Source of the DNA: Patescibacteria group bacterium
GTDB lineage: Bacteria > Patescibacteriota > Patescibacteriia > Magasanikbacterales > GWA2-37-8
DNA: 64,000 nucleotides
Direction of reading: 5' to 3'
NCBI GenBank assembly: GCA_004321885.1
Contig: SCQK01000014.1
Location: forward strand, 75,646 to 139,645
Position numbers and translations under genes: made by a program
Notes under the pieces: model-generated
Told to the model about the DNA's origin: nothing
Databases searched by the model: none
What the model saw: only the letters and a program-made list of their open reading frames with translations
Shown here: piece after piece, positions 18,328-27,878 of the stretch
How positions within the stretch are numbered: the stretch's first letter is position 1
Layout of the letters: each line of letters starts with the position of its first letter

Positions 18328-20157
18328 TTACTCCCACTCAATAGTTCCGGGTGGTTTGTTGGTGAGGTCGTAGAAGATGAAGTCCACGGCGTTTAGAGCG
18401 TGGATTTTTTTGATGATTTTTTTCAGAGTGGGCGAGGGTATGACGCCAAACGAGACGGTCATCGCTTCTTCTGATTCCACGGGTCGCAGGACAATTGATT
18501 CGCCGTGCTTGTGCCCAAACGGCACGAGCACCGTGGGCATTTGCCAGATTTTTTGGCATTGCTTGTCGGTCAAAATGGCGCTGTCGGCGATGTCATCTAT
18601 TTTTCGCAAAAGGTCCAGCCGTTTTTTGGTAAGATACGCTTTTTTCAGCGTGGCTTTTGGCAATGATTTTTTGTCGCCGGAAACAAGCAGTAGAACGCGG
18701 TTGATGTCTTTGTGGGCGTTGGTGATTTTAGGAGAAAGGGATTGATAATACCCCCACCCGGCCTCCCCCTTATAAAGGGGGAGGGGACCTGTGATAACGG
18801 CGGGGTGGGCGTAGGAGCGCTCGTCGCCTTGCACGCCCACGGATTTGATGGGGAGACGCCAAATTGTTGGCTCCACAGCCCCGACTAAGTCGGGGACTAT
18901 GGAGCCAGCGTCGTTTGATCCTTCCGAGCACAGACAGCGAATGGCCAGGCCCGGGCCCGGAAAGGGATGGCGGTTTATCAATTTTTGCGGCAGACCGAGC
19001 TTAAGGCCGATGGCGCGCACTTCGTCTTTGTACAAATCCTTAATCGGCTCTATGATTTTTCCTTCGGCGATCATTTGTTTTATCCGCGGTACGCGATTGT
19101 GATGCGTTTTTATGACGTCGGCGTTTTTGGTGCCGCCCGATTCAATAGTGTCGGGATAAATGGTGCCTTGGCCGACCAACCATTTGTCTCCGGTCAATTT
19201 TTTTCTACCAGACCCGCCTTTGGCGGGTTCGGCCATTACTTTGTCCACAATATCCAAAAACAAATCGCCGATGATTTTTCTTTTTTGTTCCGGATCAGAC
19301 ACGCCTTTGAGCGCGGATAAAAATTCTTTTTCGGCGTTATACACCCGCAAGTTGTCTCCCAGTCGCTTCAGAGCCGCTATGATTTTTTTTGTCTCATCCA
19401 ACCGCATCAGGCCGCTGTCAATGTGCAAGCCGAAAACCCTTTTTTCGCCAAGCACTTTTCGCAATAGGGCGAAACAAACCGTGGAATCAACGCCGCCGGA
19501 GACGAGCAAGAAAACATTTTTACCGCCCGCTTCCTTTTTTATATTTTTTTCAATTTGATCCAGCATTGTCTCTGTCGTCCAGTTTTTTTCCGCCCCGCAA
19601 ATATTTAAAATAAAATTGGCCAGAATTTTTTTTCCTTCTTTCGTGTGATTTACTTCCGGATGAAACTGAAAGCCGAAGAACTTTTTTGATAAATTTTGCA
19701 TGGCCGCCACCGAACGGTTGCCGGTTGAAGCGATTGGCGTAAAACCGAACGGCAGTTTGTCCACGTGATCGCCGTGGCTCATCCAGACAACGGTATTTTT
19801 ACTTACGCCCGAAAAAATCGGCGAGGCGCTGACGGATAATTTCGCCAAACCGTATTCACGCGCCTTGCCCGATTCAACGCGCCCGCCAAAAAAATCTGCC
19901 ATCAACTGATGCCCGTAGCACAGACCCAAAATCGGCGCGCTGAGCGTAAAAATTTTTTTATCAAAAGGCAAACGCGCGTCGCGCACCAGCGAACGCGGAC
20001 CGCCGGAAAGGATGATTCCACACGCGTTTTTCAATCGTTCGGCTTTGACGTTATTCGGGTAAATACGTGAAATAACGCCCAGTTCGCGCACGCGACGGGC
20101 GATGAGATGGGTGTACTGGGAACCGAAATCAAGGATGGCGATTTCACTTTTTGGCAT
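18328..20157 (-). CDS. guaA: GMP synthase (glutamine-hydrolysing) with a roughly 95 aa in-frame insertion derived from palindromic repeats
   Basis: ILDFGSQYTHLIARRVRELGV (GATase), SGGVDSTVCFALL (PP-loop) and C-terminal KPPGTIEWE are conserved. Start set at the ATG at 20157; the longer ORF to 20532 overlaps the guaB promoter. Confidence 0.85.
   Translation of the reverse strand: MPKSEIAILDFGSQYTHLIARRVRELGVISRIYPNNVKAERLKNACGIILSGGPRSLVRDARLPFDKKIFTLSAPILGLCYGHQLMADFFGGRVESGKAREYGLAKLSVSASPIFSGVSKNTVVWMSHGDHVDKLPFGFTPIASTGNRSVAAMQNLSKKFFGFQFHPEVNHTKEGKKILANFILNICGAEKNWTTETMLDQIEKNIKKEAGGKNVFLLVSGGVDSTVCFALLRKVLGEKRVFGLHIDSGLMRLDETKKIIAALKRLGDNLRVYNAEKEFLSALKGVSDPEQKRKIIGDLFLDIVDKVMAEPAKGGSGRKKLTGDKWLVGQGTIYPDTIESGGTKNADVIKTHHNRVPRIKQMIAEGKIIEPIKDLYKDEVRAIGLKLGLPQKLINRHPFPGPGLAIRCLCSEGSNDAGSIVPDLVGAVEPTIWRLPIKSVGVQGDERSYAHPAVITGPLPLYKGEAGWGYYQSLSPKITNAHKDINRVLLLVSGDKKSLPKATLKKAYLTKKRLDLLRKIDDIADSAILTDKQCQKIWQMPTVLVPFGHKHGESIVLRPVESEEAMTVSFGVIPSPTLKKIIKKIHALNAVDFIFYDLTNKPPGTIEWE
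18750..18786. repeat. family-A palindrome CCTCCCCCTTATAAAGGGGGAGG inside guaA
   Basis: Translated on the minus strand as PLPLYKGEAGW. Confidence 0.7.
18869..18906. repeat. family-C palindrome GGCTCCACAGCCCCGACTAAGTCGGGGACTATGGAGCC inside guaA
   Basis: Translated as AGSIVPDLVGAVEP. A near-identical copy sits at 58028-58065. Confidence 0.7.
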
Positions 20158-20212
20158 ACTTGCAATAAAATCGGCTATACTATACCATACAACCAATTTA
20201 CAGCCAATATTT

Positions 20213-21676
20213 ATGCGTGAAACACTTACATTTGATGATGTTTTGCTGGTGCCGCAGAAGTCCGACGTTCTGCCCAAAGACGCCCATCTGACCAGTTTTT
20301 TAACACACGAAATCAAATTGAATTTGCCGTTTTTGAGCGCGCCCATGGACACGGTCACCGAACACGGTATGGCTATTGCTTTGGCCCTCTCCGGCGGCCT
20401 GGGCATTATCCACAAAAATTTGTCTTTGGAACAGCAGGTAGCCGAGGTGCGTTGCGTAAAAAGATTTGAAAACGGTTTTATAGAAAATCCGGTTACGGTA
20501 AAACCGGATGACAAAATTTTGAAAGTTGACAAAATAAAAAGCGAGCTGGGTTTTAAGAAAGTGCCGGTCTGCGACGAAGGCGGCCGGCTGGTCGGCCTTA
20601 TTTCCGACGTGGATTATTATATGCCCGACGACGCCGAGGCGCCGGTGCGGGAAAGAATGCGCCCGCTTGGCGAACTGAAAATCGCGGTGGGTAAAATTGA
20701 ACTGGACGAAGCCAACAGATTATTGCGGATGTTTCGCCTCAAAACTTTGTGCGTGGTGGATGAGAGCGGCAAGTTGGCGAGCATTGTCACGCGCAAGGAT
20801 TTGGAAAAAAATCAAACCTATCCATTGGCCTGCAAGAACAAGCATAAGCAATTGCGGGTGGGCGCGGCCATTGGCGCCGGCGAGTTTGCTTTGGCGCGGG
20901 CCGACGCCCTGGTGGCGGCCGGCGCCGACGCTCTGGTGATAGACACGGCCCACGGACACTCCGAGGGCGTTTTGGAAACCCTGCGCCGGGTCAAGCAAAA
21001 ATATCCTTATCAGCCGGTGCTCGCCGGCAATATCGCCACCGGCGCCGCGGCCAGGGATTTGATAGAAGCCGGCGCCGACGCTATAAAAGTTGGTATCGGG
21101 CCCGGTTCAATCTGTACCACGCGCGTTGTTTCTGGCGTGGGCATGCCCCAGCTCACGGCCATTATGGACGTGGCCGAAACCGTCAGGGCCATGGGCAGCC
21201 AAACGCCGCTCATTGCCGACGGAGGCATTAAAAATTCCGGCGATATCGTGAAAGCCCTGGCCGCCGGCGCCAGCTCGGTGATGATGGGCAATATGTTCGC
21301 CGGCACCGACGAAGCCCCGGGCCGCGTGGAATTTTTGAACGGGCGCATGTATAAAGTCTATCGCGGCATGGGCAGTTTGGAAGCGATGGACAGGGGAAGT
21401 AAAGACCGCTATGGCCAATGCGATGTCAGCGAAAAAAATAAGCTCGTGCCCGAAGGCGTCAGCGGCCGCGTGCCGTACAAGGGCCACGTGGCGCGCATTA
21501 TTTTTCAGCTGGCCGGCGGGGTAAAAAGCGGCATGGGCTACCTGGGGGCGCGCACCATTCCAGCACTTCAGCAAAAAGCCGAATTTATAAAAATTTCTTC
21601 GTCAGGCGTGCGCGAAAATCATCCGCACGACCTGCTTTCGTTTGACGCGGCGCCCAACTACCGCGCCGATGAATAG
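20213..21676 (+). CDS. guaB: IMP dehydrogenase
   Basis: [22 protein letters not shown] pair, catalytic [11 protein letters not shown] and [17 protein letters not shown]. Divergent from guaA with a 55 bp shared intergenic region. Confidence 0.9.
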   Translation: MRETLTFDDVLLVPQKSDVLPKDAHLTSFLTHEIKLNLPFLSAPMDTVTEHGMAIALALSGGLGIIHKNLSLEQQVAEVRCVKRFENGFIENPVTVKPDDKILKVDKIKSELGFKKVPVCDEGGRLVGLISDVDYYMPDDAEAPVRERMRPLGELKIAVGKIELDEANRLLRMFRLKTLCVVDESGKLASIVTRKDLEKNQTYPLACKNKHKQLRVGAAIGAGEFALARADALVAAGADALVIDTAHGHSEGVLETLRRVKQKYPYQPVLAGNIATGAAARDLIEAGADAIKVGIGPGSICTTRVVSGVGMPQLTAIMDVAETVRAMGSQTPLIADGGIKNSGDIVKALAAGASSVMMGNMFAGTDEAPGRVEFLNGRMYKVYRGMGSLEAMDRGSKDRYGQCDVSEKNKLVPEGVSGRVPYKGHVARIIFQLAGGVKSGMGYLGARTIPALQQKAEFIKISSSGVRENHPHDLLSFDAAPNYRADE

Positions 21677-21678
21677 CG

Positions 21679-23055
21679 TTGACAATAATTTTTTATATGA
21701 CCGAGCCAATCAATCAAACAGAAACACCAAAGGAACAGCGTAATTTCATCAGGGTCACAAAAAAAATCGCGGCGATTTTTGTGATACTTTTGCTCATTGG
21801 TTTGGGTGCGATGCTTTACGTGGGCGCCCAGGCCGGCCATTGGGCCTATGCTAATTTTTTGCATTGGAAAAATAAAAATGCCGGGTCGTTTATTTTTAAT
21901 CCGGCGCAAAAAATAAAAGACTTGTTTCGGGCGCCGCAAAAAACCGCGCCGGCAGCCGCGCCGGCGCAAACCGTGCGCGTGGTCAGCGAGGAGTCGGCCG
22001 TGATAGATGTGGTAAAAAAAGCCTCGCCGGCCGTGGTCAGCGTCATCGCCAGCGAGGAAGTGCCCAAATTGGAGCAGTGTTTTGAGGATTACAACAGCGG
22101 CTTGCCGCCCCAGTTGCGCGATTTTTTTAATTTTGATTTCCGGGTGCCCGGCTTGTGCCAGCGCGGCACTGAAATTCAGCGGGTGGGCGCGGCCTCGGGT
22201 TTTATCGCTTCCGCCGACGGCTATATTCTGACCAACAAGCACGTGGTGGAAAATGATAGGGCCGAGTACACCGTGGTGCTAAACGATGAGAAAAATTTCG
22301 GCAAAAAAGTGAAGGCCCTGGTGGTGGCGCGCGACCCCGCTAACGACATTGCCGTGCTTAAAATAAATTTGAGCGGACTGCCTGAATTGGATTTCGGCGA
22401 TTCGGATAAATTGCAGGTGGGGCAAACCGCCATTGCCATCGGCTATTCTTTGGGGCAGTTTGAAAATACCGTGAGCAAGGGAGTGGTTTCTGGCTTGCTT
22501 CGCTCCATCACCGCCGCGGGCTCGCGCGCCGGCGCGGAAAGACTGCGCGGCCTGATTCAAACCGACGCGGCCATCAATCCGGGCAATTCGGGCGGTCCGC
22601 TTTTGGATATCGGGGGCAATGTCATTGGCATGAATGTGGCCGTGGCCGACGCGCAAAGCATTGGTTTCGCCATTCCGATAAATGCCGTGAAAAAAGTTTA
22701 CGATGAAGTGAGAACGACCGGCAAAATCAGCGCGGCCAAACAGCCGTTTTTGGGGGTGCGCTATGTGCCGGTAAATGAAGAACTAAAAAAGAATTATAAA
22801 TTATCCTACGATTACGGTATGCTTTTGGTGAAAGGCAAAGACGTCAGCGAGCCGGCTGTGGCGCCGGGTTCTCCGGCCGACCAAGCCGGGCTCAAAGAAG
22901 GGGATATTATTTTGGAAGCCGGCGGGAAAAAGTTGGATGAAAGAAATTTGCTTGGCGATGTGATAGCCGAACGCAAGATTGGCGATGACATTTCACTTTT
23001 GGTTTTTAGCGGGGGACAAACCAGAGATATAAAAGTAAAATTGGGAGAAAAATAG
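21679..23055 (+). CDS. htrA: HtrA/DegP family serine protease with PDZ domain
   Basis: Catalytic triad context HVV...DIAVLKI...GNSGGPLLDIGGNVIGMN plus a C-terminal PDZ. Confidence 0.85.
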   Translation: MTIIFYMTEPINQTETPKEQRNFIRVTKKIAAIFVILLLIGLGAMLYVGAQAGHWAYANFLHWKNKNAGSFIFNPAQKIKDLFRAPQKTAPAAAPAQTVRVVSEESAVIDVVKKASPAVVSVIASEEVPKLEQCFEDYNSGLPPQLRDFFNFDFRVPGLCQRGTEIQRVGAASGFIASADGYILTNKHVVENDRAEYTVVLNDEKNFGKKVKALVVARDPANDIAVLKINLSGLPELDFGDSDKLQVGQTAIAIGYSLGQFENTVSKGVVSGLLRSITAAGSRAGAERLRGLIQTDAAINPGNSGGPLLDIGGNVIGMNVAVADAQSIGFAIPINAVKKVYDEVRTTGKISAAKQPFLGVRYVPVNEELKKNYKLSYDYGMLLVKGKDVSEPAVAPGSPADQAGLKEGDIILEAGGKKLDERNLLGDVIAERKIGDDISLLVFSGGQTRDIKVKLGEK

Positions 23056-23081
23056 TCTATTCATTCCGAAGAATTTAAGCT

Positions 23082-23807
23082 GTGAAAATATTTATTCGCG
23101 ACGACGCGGACCAAAGCGTGTATAACGAAATTTTTAAGCTGGGCGAATATCGCGCCGCGGACAAAGCCATAAAAAACGCGCGTGAACCCGTTATAGACGT
23201 CGGCGCGCACGCCGGCTTTTTTAGTTTGTATTGCCGCGCGCTCAATCCCCAGGTGAAAATTTTCGCCATTGAACCCGAGCCGGAAAATTTTAAGCAGTTA
23301 CAAAAACACATCGCGGGCAACAATATTAAGGGCGTGGAGCCGGTGCCAGCCGCTTTGGCCGGCGAGACCGGGGAGAGGGAGTTGATAATATCCAAAGACA
23401 ATCATAATCATCGGCTCCGATTACCCCCTCCTCGCCTCCCCCTTATAAAGGGGGAGGACAATTTCCCTCCCCTTGATAAGGGGAGGGCGAGGGAGGGGTA
23501 CTGGGTCGCGGCTTTTTCCTTGGGTGATTTTTGCCGGCGTTATAAAATCAAAAACGTCGCTTTGCTCAAAATGGACATAGAAGGAGGAGAGGAAGAAACG
23601 TTCAAAAGTGCGAGCGCGTCTGATTTGGCTATGGTAAAAAACGTAATTTTGGAGTATCATGGTAATAACTTCGCGCCAATAGAACAAAAATTGCGCGAAA
23701 ACGGTTTTGGAGTACAGAAATTTCCGTCCAAGTTTGATAATAAAATGGGTTTTTTGTTTGCACGCAATAAAAGGTATGTCTCACCAAGCATGGATAGTGG
23801 CGGTTGA
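23082..23807 (+). CDS. FkbM-family methyltransferase with in-frame palindromic insertion
   Basis: VIDVGAHAGFFSL...FAIEPEPENF...LLKMDIEGGEEE is the FkbM signature. The insert is translated as HRLRLPPPRLPLIKGEDNFPPLDKGRAREGYW. GTG start. Confidence 0.55.
   Translation: MKIFIRDDADQSVYNEIFKLGEYRAADKAIKNAREPVIDVGAHAGFFSLYCRALNPQVKIFAIEPEPENFKQLQKHIAGNNIKGVEPVPAALAGETGERELIISKDNHNHRLRLPPPRLPLIKGEDNFPPLDKGRAREGYWVAAFSLGDFCRRYKIKNVALLKMDIEGGEEETFKSASASDLAMVKNVILEYHGNNFAPIEQKLRENGFGVQKFPSKFDNKMGFLFARNKRYVSPSMDSGG
23418..23500. repeat. tandem pair of family-A palindromes (CCTCCCCCTTATAAAGGGGGAGG and CCCTCCCCTTGATAAGGGGAGGG with a CGAGGGAGGGG tail)
   Basis: Lies in frame inside the methyltransferase gene. 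Confidence 0.7.
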
Positions 23808-25101
23808 CATGGGCTATGGCCACCAGCGCGCGGCCCACCCTTTGCGCCACTTGTCGCCCACGGGCAAGGTGATTACGGCCAACAACTACGCGGGCATTCC
23901 GGTCAAAGACCAGAAAATCTGGCAGGATTCCGAGACTTTTTACGGGCATGTTTCGCGTCTGTCCAATCTGCCGCTTATTGGCCATTGGTTATTCGGCCTG
24001 TACGATAAATTGCAAAGCATTGCCGAGTTTTATCCGCGCCGCGATTTGTCCAAACCCAATTTTCAGCTCAAACAAATGTACCGGCTGATTGGCAGGGGCT
24101 GGGGCAAAGATTTGGTGAATTTTTTGAACACGCGGGATGTGCCGCTTATCACCACTTTTTTCTTGGTGGCTTTTTTCGCTGAAGAACACGGCTTCAAAAA
24201 CGATATTTACTGCGTGCTCTGCGACGCCGACATCAGCCGCGCCTGGGTTGGTTTCAATCCGCCCAAGAGCAGAATCAAATATCTGGCGCCCTGCCGGCGC
24301 GTAGTGGAGAGGCTGAAGCTTTACGGCGTGCCCGAGAAAAATATCTATCTCACAGGCTTTCCCTTGCCCGAAGAAAATCTGGGCGGCGCCCAGCTGCATT
24401 CTCTAAAAAGCGATTTGTCCGAGCGCATTATTAATTTGGATCCCCAAAATCGGTATCGCCAAAAATATTTCCAGACCGTGAAGCATTTTTTGAAGGACGC
24501 GAACAAGGAAGAGGCGCACAGCCATCCGCTCACCCTCACTTTCGCCGTGGGCGGAGCCGGCGCGCAGAGAAATCTGGCCAAGGACATTTTGCGCAGCTTA
24601 AAGAAAAAATTATTGGATGAAGAAATCAATCTGAATCTGGTCGCCGGCAATCGCAACGACGTGTATTTGTATTTCCGCGACCATATCGCCGAGACTGGTT
24701 TGGGCAAGTTGGCGGGCCGTAATCTGAATATAATTTTTGATGTCAATAAGGAAGATTATTTTACCAAGTTTAACAGTTGTTTGCGCAGTACCGATATTTT
24801 GTGGACCAAGCCGAGCGAGCTGGTGTTTTACACGGCCCTGGGATTGCCCATTATTATGGCGCCGTCTCTGGGGTCGCAGGAGGTTTTCAACCGCACCTGG
24901 CTAAAAACCATCGGCGGGGGCATTTCGCAAAACGAGCCGCGCTACACGCGCGAGTGGCTGATGGACTGGGTGGATTCGGGCTGGCTGGCCGAAGCGGCCA
25001 TGGCCGGTTTTCTTGACGGCCGGCAGTTCGGGGTGTACAACATTATGGACGTGGTTTTTAACGGCGTGAGAGAGCCGGCCAAGAGCTATCAGTTGTTGTA
25101 G
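23776..25101 (+). CDS. hypothetical protein (possible GT-B-like glycosyltransferase)
   Basis: 442 aa. N-terminal WIVAVDMGYGHQRAAHPL is reminiscent of the GT28/MGDG-synthase G-loop. This is weak. Confidence 0.3.
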   Translation: MSHQAWIVAVDMGYGHQRAAHPLRHLSPTGKVITANNYAGIPVKDQKIWQDSETFYGHVSRLSNLPLIGHWLFGLYDKLQSIAEFYPRRDLSKPNFQLKQMYRLIGRGWGKDLVNFLNTRDVPLITTFFLVAFFAEEHGFKNDIYCVLCDADISRAWVGFNPPKSRIKYLAPCRRVVERLKLYGVPEKNIYLTGFPLPEENLGGAQLHSLKSDLSERIINLDPQNRYRQKYFQTVKHFLKDANKEEAHSHPLTLTFAVGGAGAQRNLAKDILRSLKKKLLDEEINLNLVAGNRNDVYLYFRDHIAETGLGKLAGRNLNIIFDVNKEDYFTKFNSCLRSTDILWTKPSELVFYTALGLPIIMAPSLGSQEVFNRTWLKTIGGGISQNEPRYTREWLMDWVDSGWLAEAAMAGFLDGRQFGVYNIMDVVFNGVREPAKSYQLL

Positions 25102-25168
25102 TCGTCAATAGACCCTCTCCTATTAGGAGAGGGATACAGGGTGGGGTTTGTATTAAATAATTTTTTGA

Positions 25169-27103
25169 TTGCTTATGCCCATAAGACTTTCGCCGGAAGT
25201 CAATATACCAGAGCCGAAAATGGAACAAAAGCCAGTCTCGGAATTATCGCGATTGCGCCATGAGTTGGATTTTGCGGACAAGATAAAAGGTTTTGAGGCC
25301 GGAGTGGAAAGTCCGAATGATGGGCGGATAATGGCCGATGTTTTGGAAAGGCGCGATTGGGGGCATTTGTTCAGGGAAGCCAAGAAAGGACGAAGAATAC
25401 TCACGTTCAAGACGCCAAGCGACGAGGTTTATAATTTAAAGAAAATGAATGACAAGGTTTTGGGCCCGACCAGGGTTGATGAAATCTTTATTTTTCGGCG
25501 TAAATTAATGGATGAAGCGGCAAAGAAAATCGGGGCGAAAGTCGTCATCAATCCGGTTGTCGCCGATGTCATGATTATAGATGAAGCTCGGAAGAATATA
25601 ACCGAGGATGAATTAACAGAGATTGCGCGGGAAATTAAAGAGAAAATGACAGCCAAGATTTTGGCCCTGGCCGAGTCGGCGCAAGAGCCGGGCCGTCGCG
25701 AGGCGGCCGCGGCCTTTATAAAAGAATTTAAGAAAAGCGGGTATGAAGTCAGGTTTGGTGTGGCCGATATTGAAGGCGACGACGAAGCGGCTAAAATTTC
25801 GGCTGTCAGCCGGTCTTTGCAAGCGTGTAAAATGGCAGCCGAGGGCGAATTTGGAAGCGTGTACAATCCGGAAAAAATCCTGCAAACCTTAGAGAGGATT
25901 TCGGTTTTAACGGAAGAAATTGATAAAGCGGGCAATGAAATTACCGATGCAAATGGCTTTTCGTATTACATTATGATACAAGGAAGCATAAACATAGATG
26001 TTTTGCGCATGGCGCGCAGTTATTCCTTGAAAGTCAAAAAAGGCGACACAGACGGGGCAAAACAGCTAAGCCGTATTTTGGAGTATCTCAGCTTGATAAA
26101 TAATTTGGATAATGTCAAACCCTTTACGATGAAAGAGGTTGACGCGGGCGAGACCAAAAAACGAATAGCCCGCCATGAAGCGTTGGCAGAGAAAGTTAGA
26201 AGCGGCGATCTATCGGATGACGAGAGAGCCGAGGCGGCCAAAAGCATTGAGAGAGATGAAAAGGACGGCCGCTTCACCGCCAGGAGCATTTTTCACCAAA
26301 GGGCTTCCGCGATGAGCCATTGCCATTACATATTGATAGACGTTCGCGATATCGGAGTTGAGCAGTTAAAAAAATACGAGAGAAGGACTTTGGCTATCGC
26401 CCAGTTGAAAGACGACGCCACCAAAGTTGAGGCGTATGAGCAGGCGTCATTGGAGGCGGACGATGACACTACGGAAAAATTGCGTCGTTTTAGGGATGTC
26501 ATCGTGGAGACAGTCAGGGAAAAATTTTCTTTGTCCGAGGCGGAAGAAATTTTGGGTTTTGTGGGCGGGGACGAGCTTAACTTGGCGATTGACGGCGACA
26601 AGTTTGGCCAGGAAAAAGTGGATGAATTGATTTTTGCGATAAAAGCCAGGCTGGCGGCGGGCGGAGTGGAAGCGAGAATCCAGACAGTTGTTTCACAGGC
26701 CGAGAAAGACATTGACAGCGCGAGCGGCCAGGAAGAAAAATTACAGGCTCATTTTGAATCGCTTAAAATGGCCGAAGAAGGCGCGGATATCGCCAAAGCC
26801 GTGGAGGATTTGGAGCGGAAATTGAATTACTATTTAATTAGGGGAGAAGAATATCCGGAGGAAGGAGTGGCGCCGGAGCGGCTGAAGGACTTTTTGGGCG
26901 ACTTGAATTGGCTTTTTGAATTTCAAAATAAGAAGTTTAAGTGCGTTGATTTTAAGGTTGAAGCGCTCGGCGATGAACGGGTCAATATTGTGGGCCGCAA
27001 ATCGTCTTTGCAATATTCCAAAAAGGAAATTAAGGCAAAATTGGAGAGTTTTATAACTCCGAACGATGTGGCAAAGATGCCAAAGGAGCTGAAGATGGCG
27101 TAA
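25169..27103 (+). CDS. hypothetical protein, acidic, coiled-coil rich
   Basis: 644 aa ORF with normal codon structure and no recognisable motif. Confidence 0.45.
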   Translation: MLMPIRLSPEVNIPEPKMEQKPVSELSRLRHELDFADKIKGFEAGVESPNDGRIMADVLERRDWGHLFREAKKGRRILTFKTPSDEVYNLKKMNDKVLGPTRVDEIFIFRRKLMDEAAKKIGAKVVINPVVADVMIIDEARKNITEDELTEIAREIKEKMTAKILALAESAQEPGRREAAAAFIKEFKKSGYEVRFGVADIEGDDEAAKISAVSRSLQACKMAAEGEFGSVYNPEKILQTLERISVLTEEIDKAGNEITDANGFSYYIMIQGSINIDVLRMARSYSLKVKKGDTDGAKQLSRILEYLSLINNLDNVKPFTMKEVDAGETKKRIARHEALAEKVRSGDLSDDERAEAAKSIERDEKDGRFTARSIFHQRASAMSHCHYILIDVRDIGVEQLKKYERRTLAIAQLKDDATKVEAYEQASLEADDDTTEKLRRFRDVIVETVREKFSLSEAEEILGFVGGDELNLAIDGDKFGQEKVDELIFAIKARLAAGGVEARIQTVVSQAEKDIDSASGQEEKLQAHFESLKMAEEGADIAKAVEDLERKLNYYLIRGEEYPEEGVAPERLKDFLGDLNWLFEFQNKKFKCVDFKVEALGDERVNIVGRKSSLQYSKKEIKAKLESFITPNDVAKMPKELKMA

Positions 27104-27125
27104 AATACTTAATACAAAAATAGCC

Positions 27126-27160
27126 TTGAATTTAGGGCTATTTTTTTGCGTTTAGTTTAT
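27126..27160 (+). terminator. intrinsic terminator AAATAGCC-loop-GGCTATTTTTTT
   Basis: Hairpin plus a T-run directly after the stop at 27103. Confidence 0.6.
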
Positions 27161-27226
27161 CCACAGGCCAGCCCTTGATTTTTTTTCGGCTTTATGCTAT
27201 GTTGGTTTGTCCCTATAATGGGGAAG

Positions 27227-27825
27227 AGAGGAGACCCTACGGATGTGTGCTCGGCGATGGTTTTTTAGAATCGCCGGGCTGAAAGTCCGGCGGGTTGCAT
27301 GGGACCCGCGTTCGCGGGAACTATGCTTGGAGTTTTGTTGCAGTGAGCTTGGAAACGGAGTTTCCAGCCCACTGCTTAGCCGCAAGGTCTGGCACGGGAT
27401 TTTTGGGGATTTGCGCAAGCTTATCCTCAAGCCAGACCACATAGACACGTATACGTTGAAGCCAGTGTCTATGAGGCCGTTGGTGCCGGGCAGTTTGGCG
27501 CCTGATCCCGGGGGCGAAATGCGAGTGAGACTCGTTTTCGCCGTTGGCCCGGGCGGGGCGAGCACTGACAGGGCCGGTGCGGAAAACGCGGCCGCGTTAA
27601 TAGAATGGGAGTGGCCGCGTTGGTGGCGCAAGATGCTCTTCTTTTTTAAGGGAGAAGAGCAAGCCATGAGCTTGACGCCCGTGGATGACGTTGCCGCGGA
27701 CACAATCGCGGCAAACAAATAAAATTACGCCCGACAGAGCATCAGAGCATCGCCGGGCGAGCACATCAAGGAGAAAGGAGGAAAACCCGGCAGTTCGTCT
27801 GACCGGGTTTCGTATTTTTACTGTC
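27227..27825 (+). ncRNA. candidate structured ncRNA (RNase P RNA-like motifs; identity unconfirmed)
   Basis: A roughly 600 nt stretch at about 60% GC with no credible ORF; the two overlapping ORFs on opposite strands are W/R-rich. A TATAAT sits at 27215-27220 and an intrinsic terminator at 27796-27830. It contains CUGAAAGUCCGGCGGGUUGCAUGGGAC (compare RNase P CR-I AGGAAAGUCCGGGCUCCAUAGGGCA), GGUGCGGAAAACGCGGCC (compare GGUGCGGUAAGAGCGCACC) and ACAGAG near the 3' end (compare ACAGAA of P4). Confidence 0.35.
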
Positions 27826-27870
27826 ATTCCAGCCCGCCTTTAGTCCCAGCGAAAGCTGGGATGGAATCCA
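27822..27870. repeat. family-B element TGTCATTCC-(hairpin)-GGAATCCA
   Basis: tgtcattccagcccgcctttagtcccagcgaaagctgggatggaatcca. Confidence 0.6.
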
Positions 27871-27878
27871 TTCGCTGG

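Noticed and set aside
20158-20532. N-terminal 125-residue extension of the guaA ORF
   Set aside because: The conserved GuaA N-terminus (SEIAILDFGSQYT) starts at the internal ATG at 20157. The extension overlaps the guaB start and promoter on the other strand.
27197-27722. Overlapping 173 aa (minus) and 159 aa (plus) ORFs
   Set aside because: W/R-rich composition, mutual overlap and a GC-rich structured context make them unlikely to be coding. The region is better explained as an ncRNA with its own -10 box and terminator.
27227-27825. tmRNA as the identity of the ncRNA
   Set aside because: No T-loop (GGTTCGAATCC-like) or tRNA-like 3' end is present before the terminator, and no plausible resume codon/tag (ANK* only) was seen.
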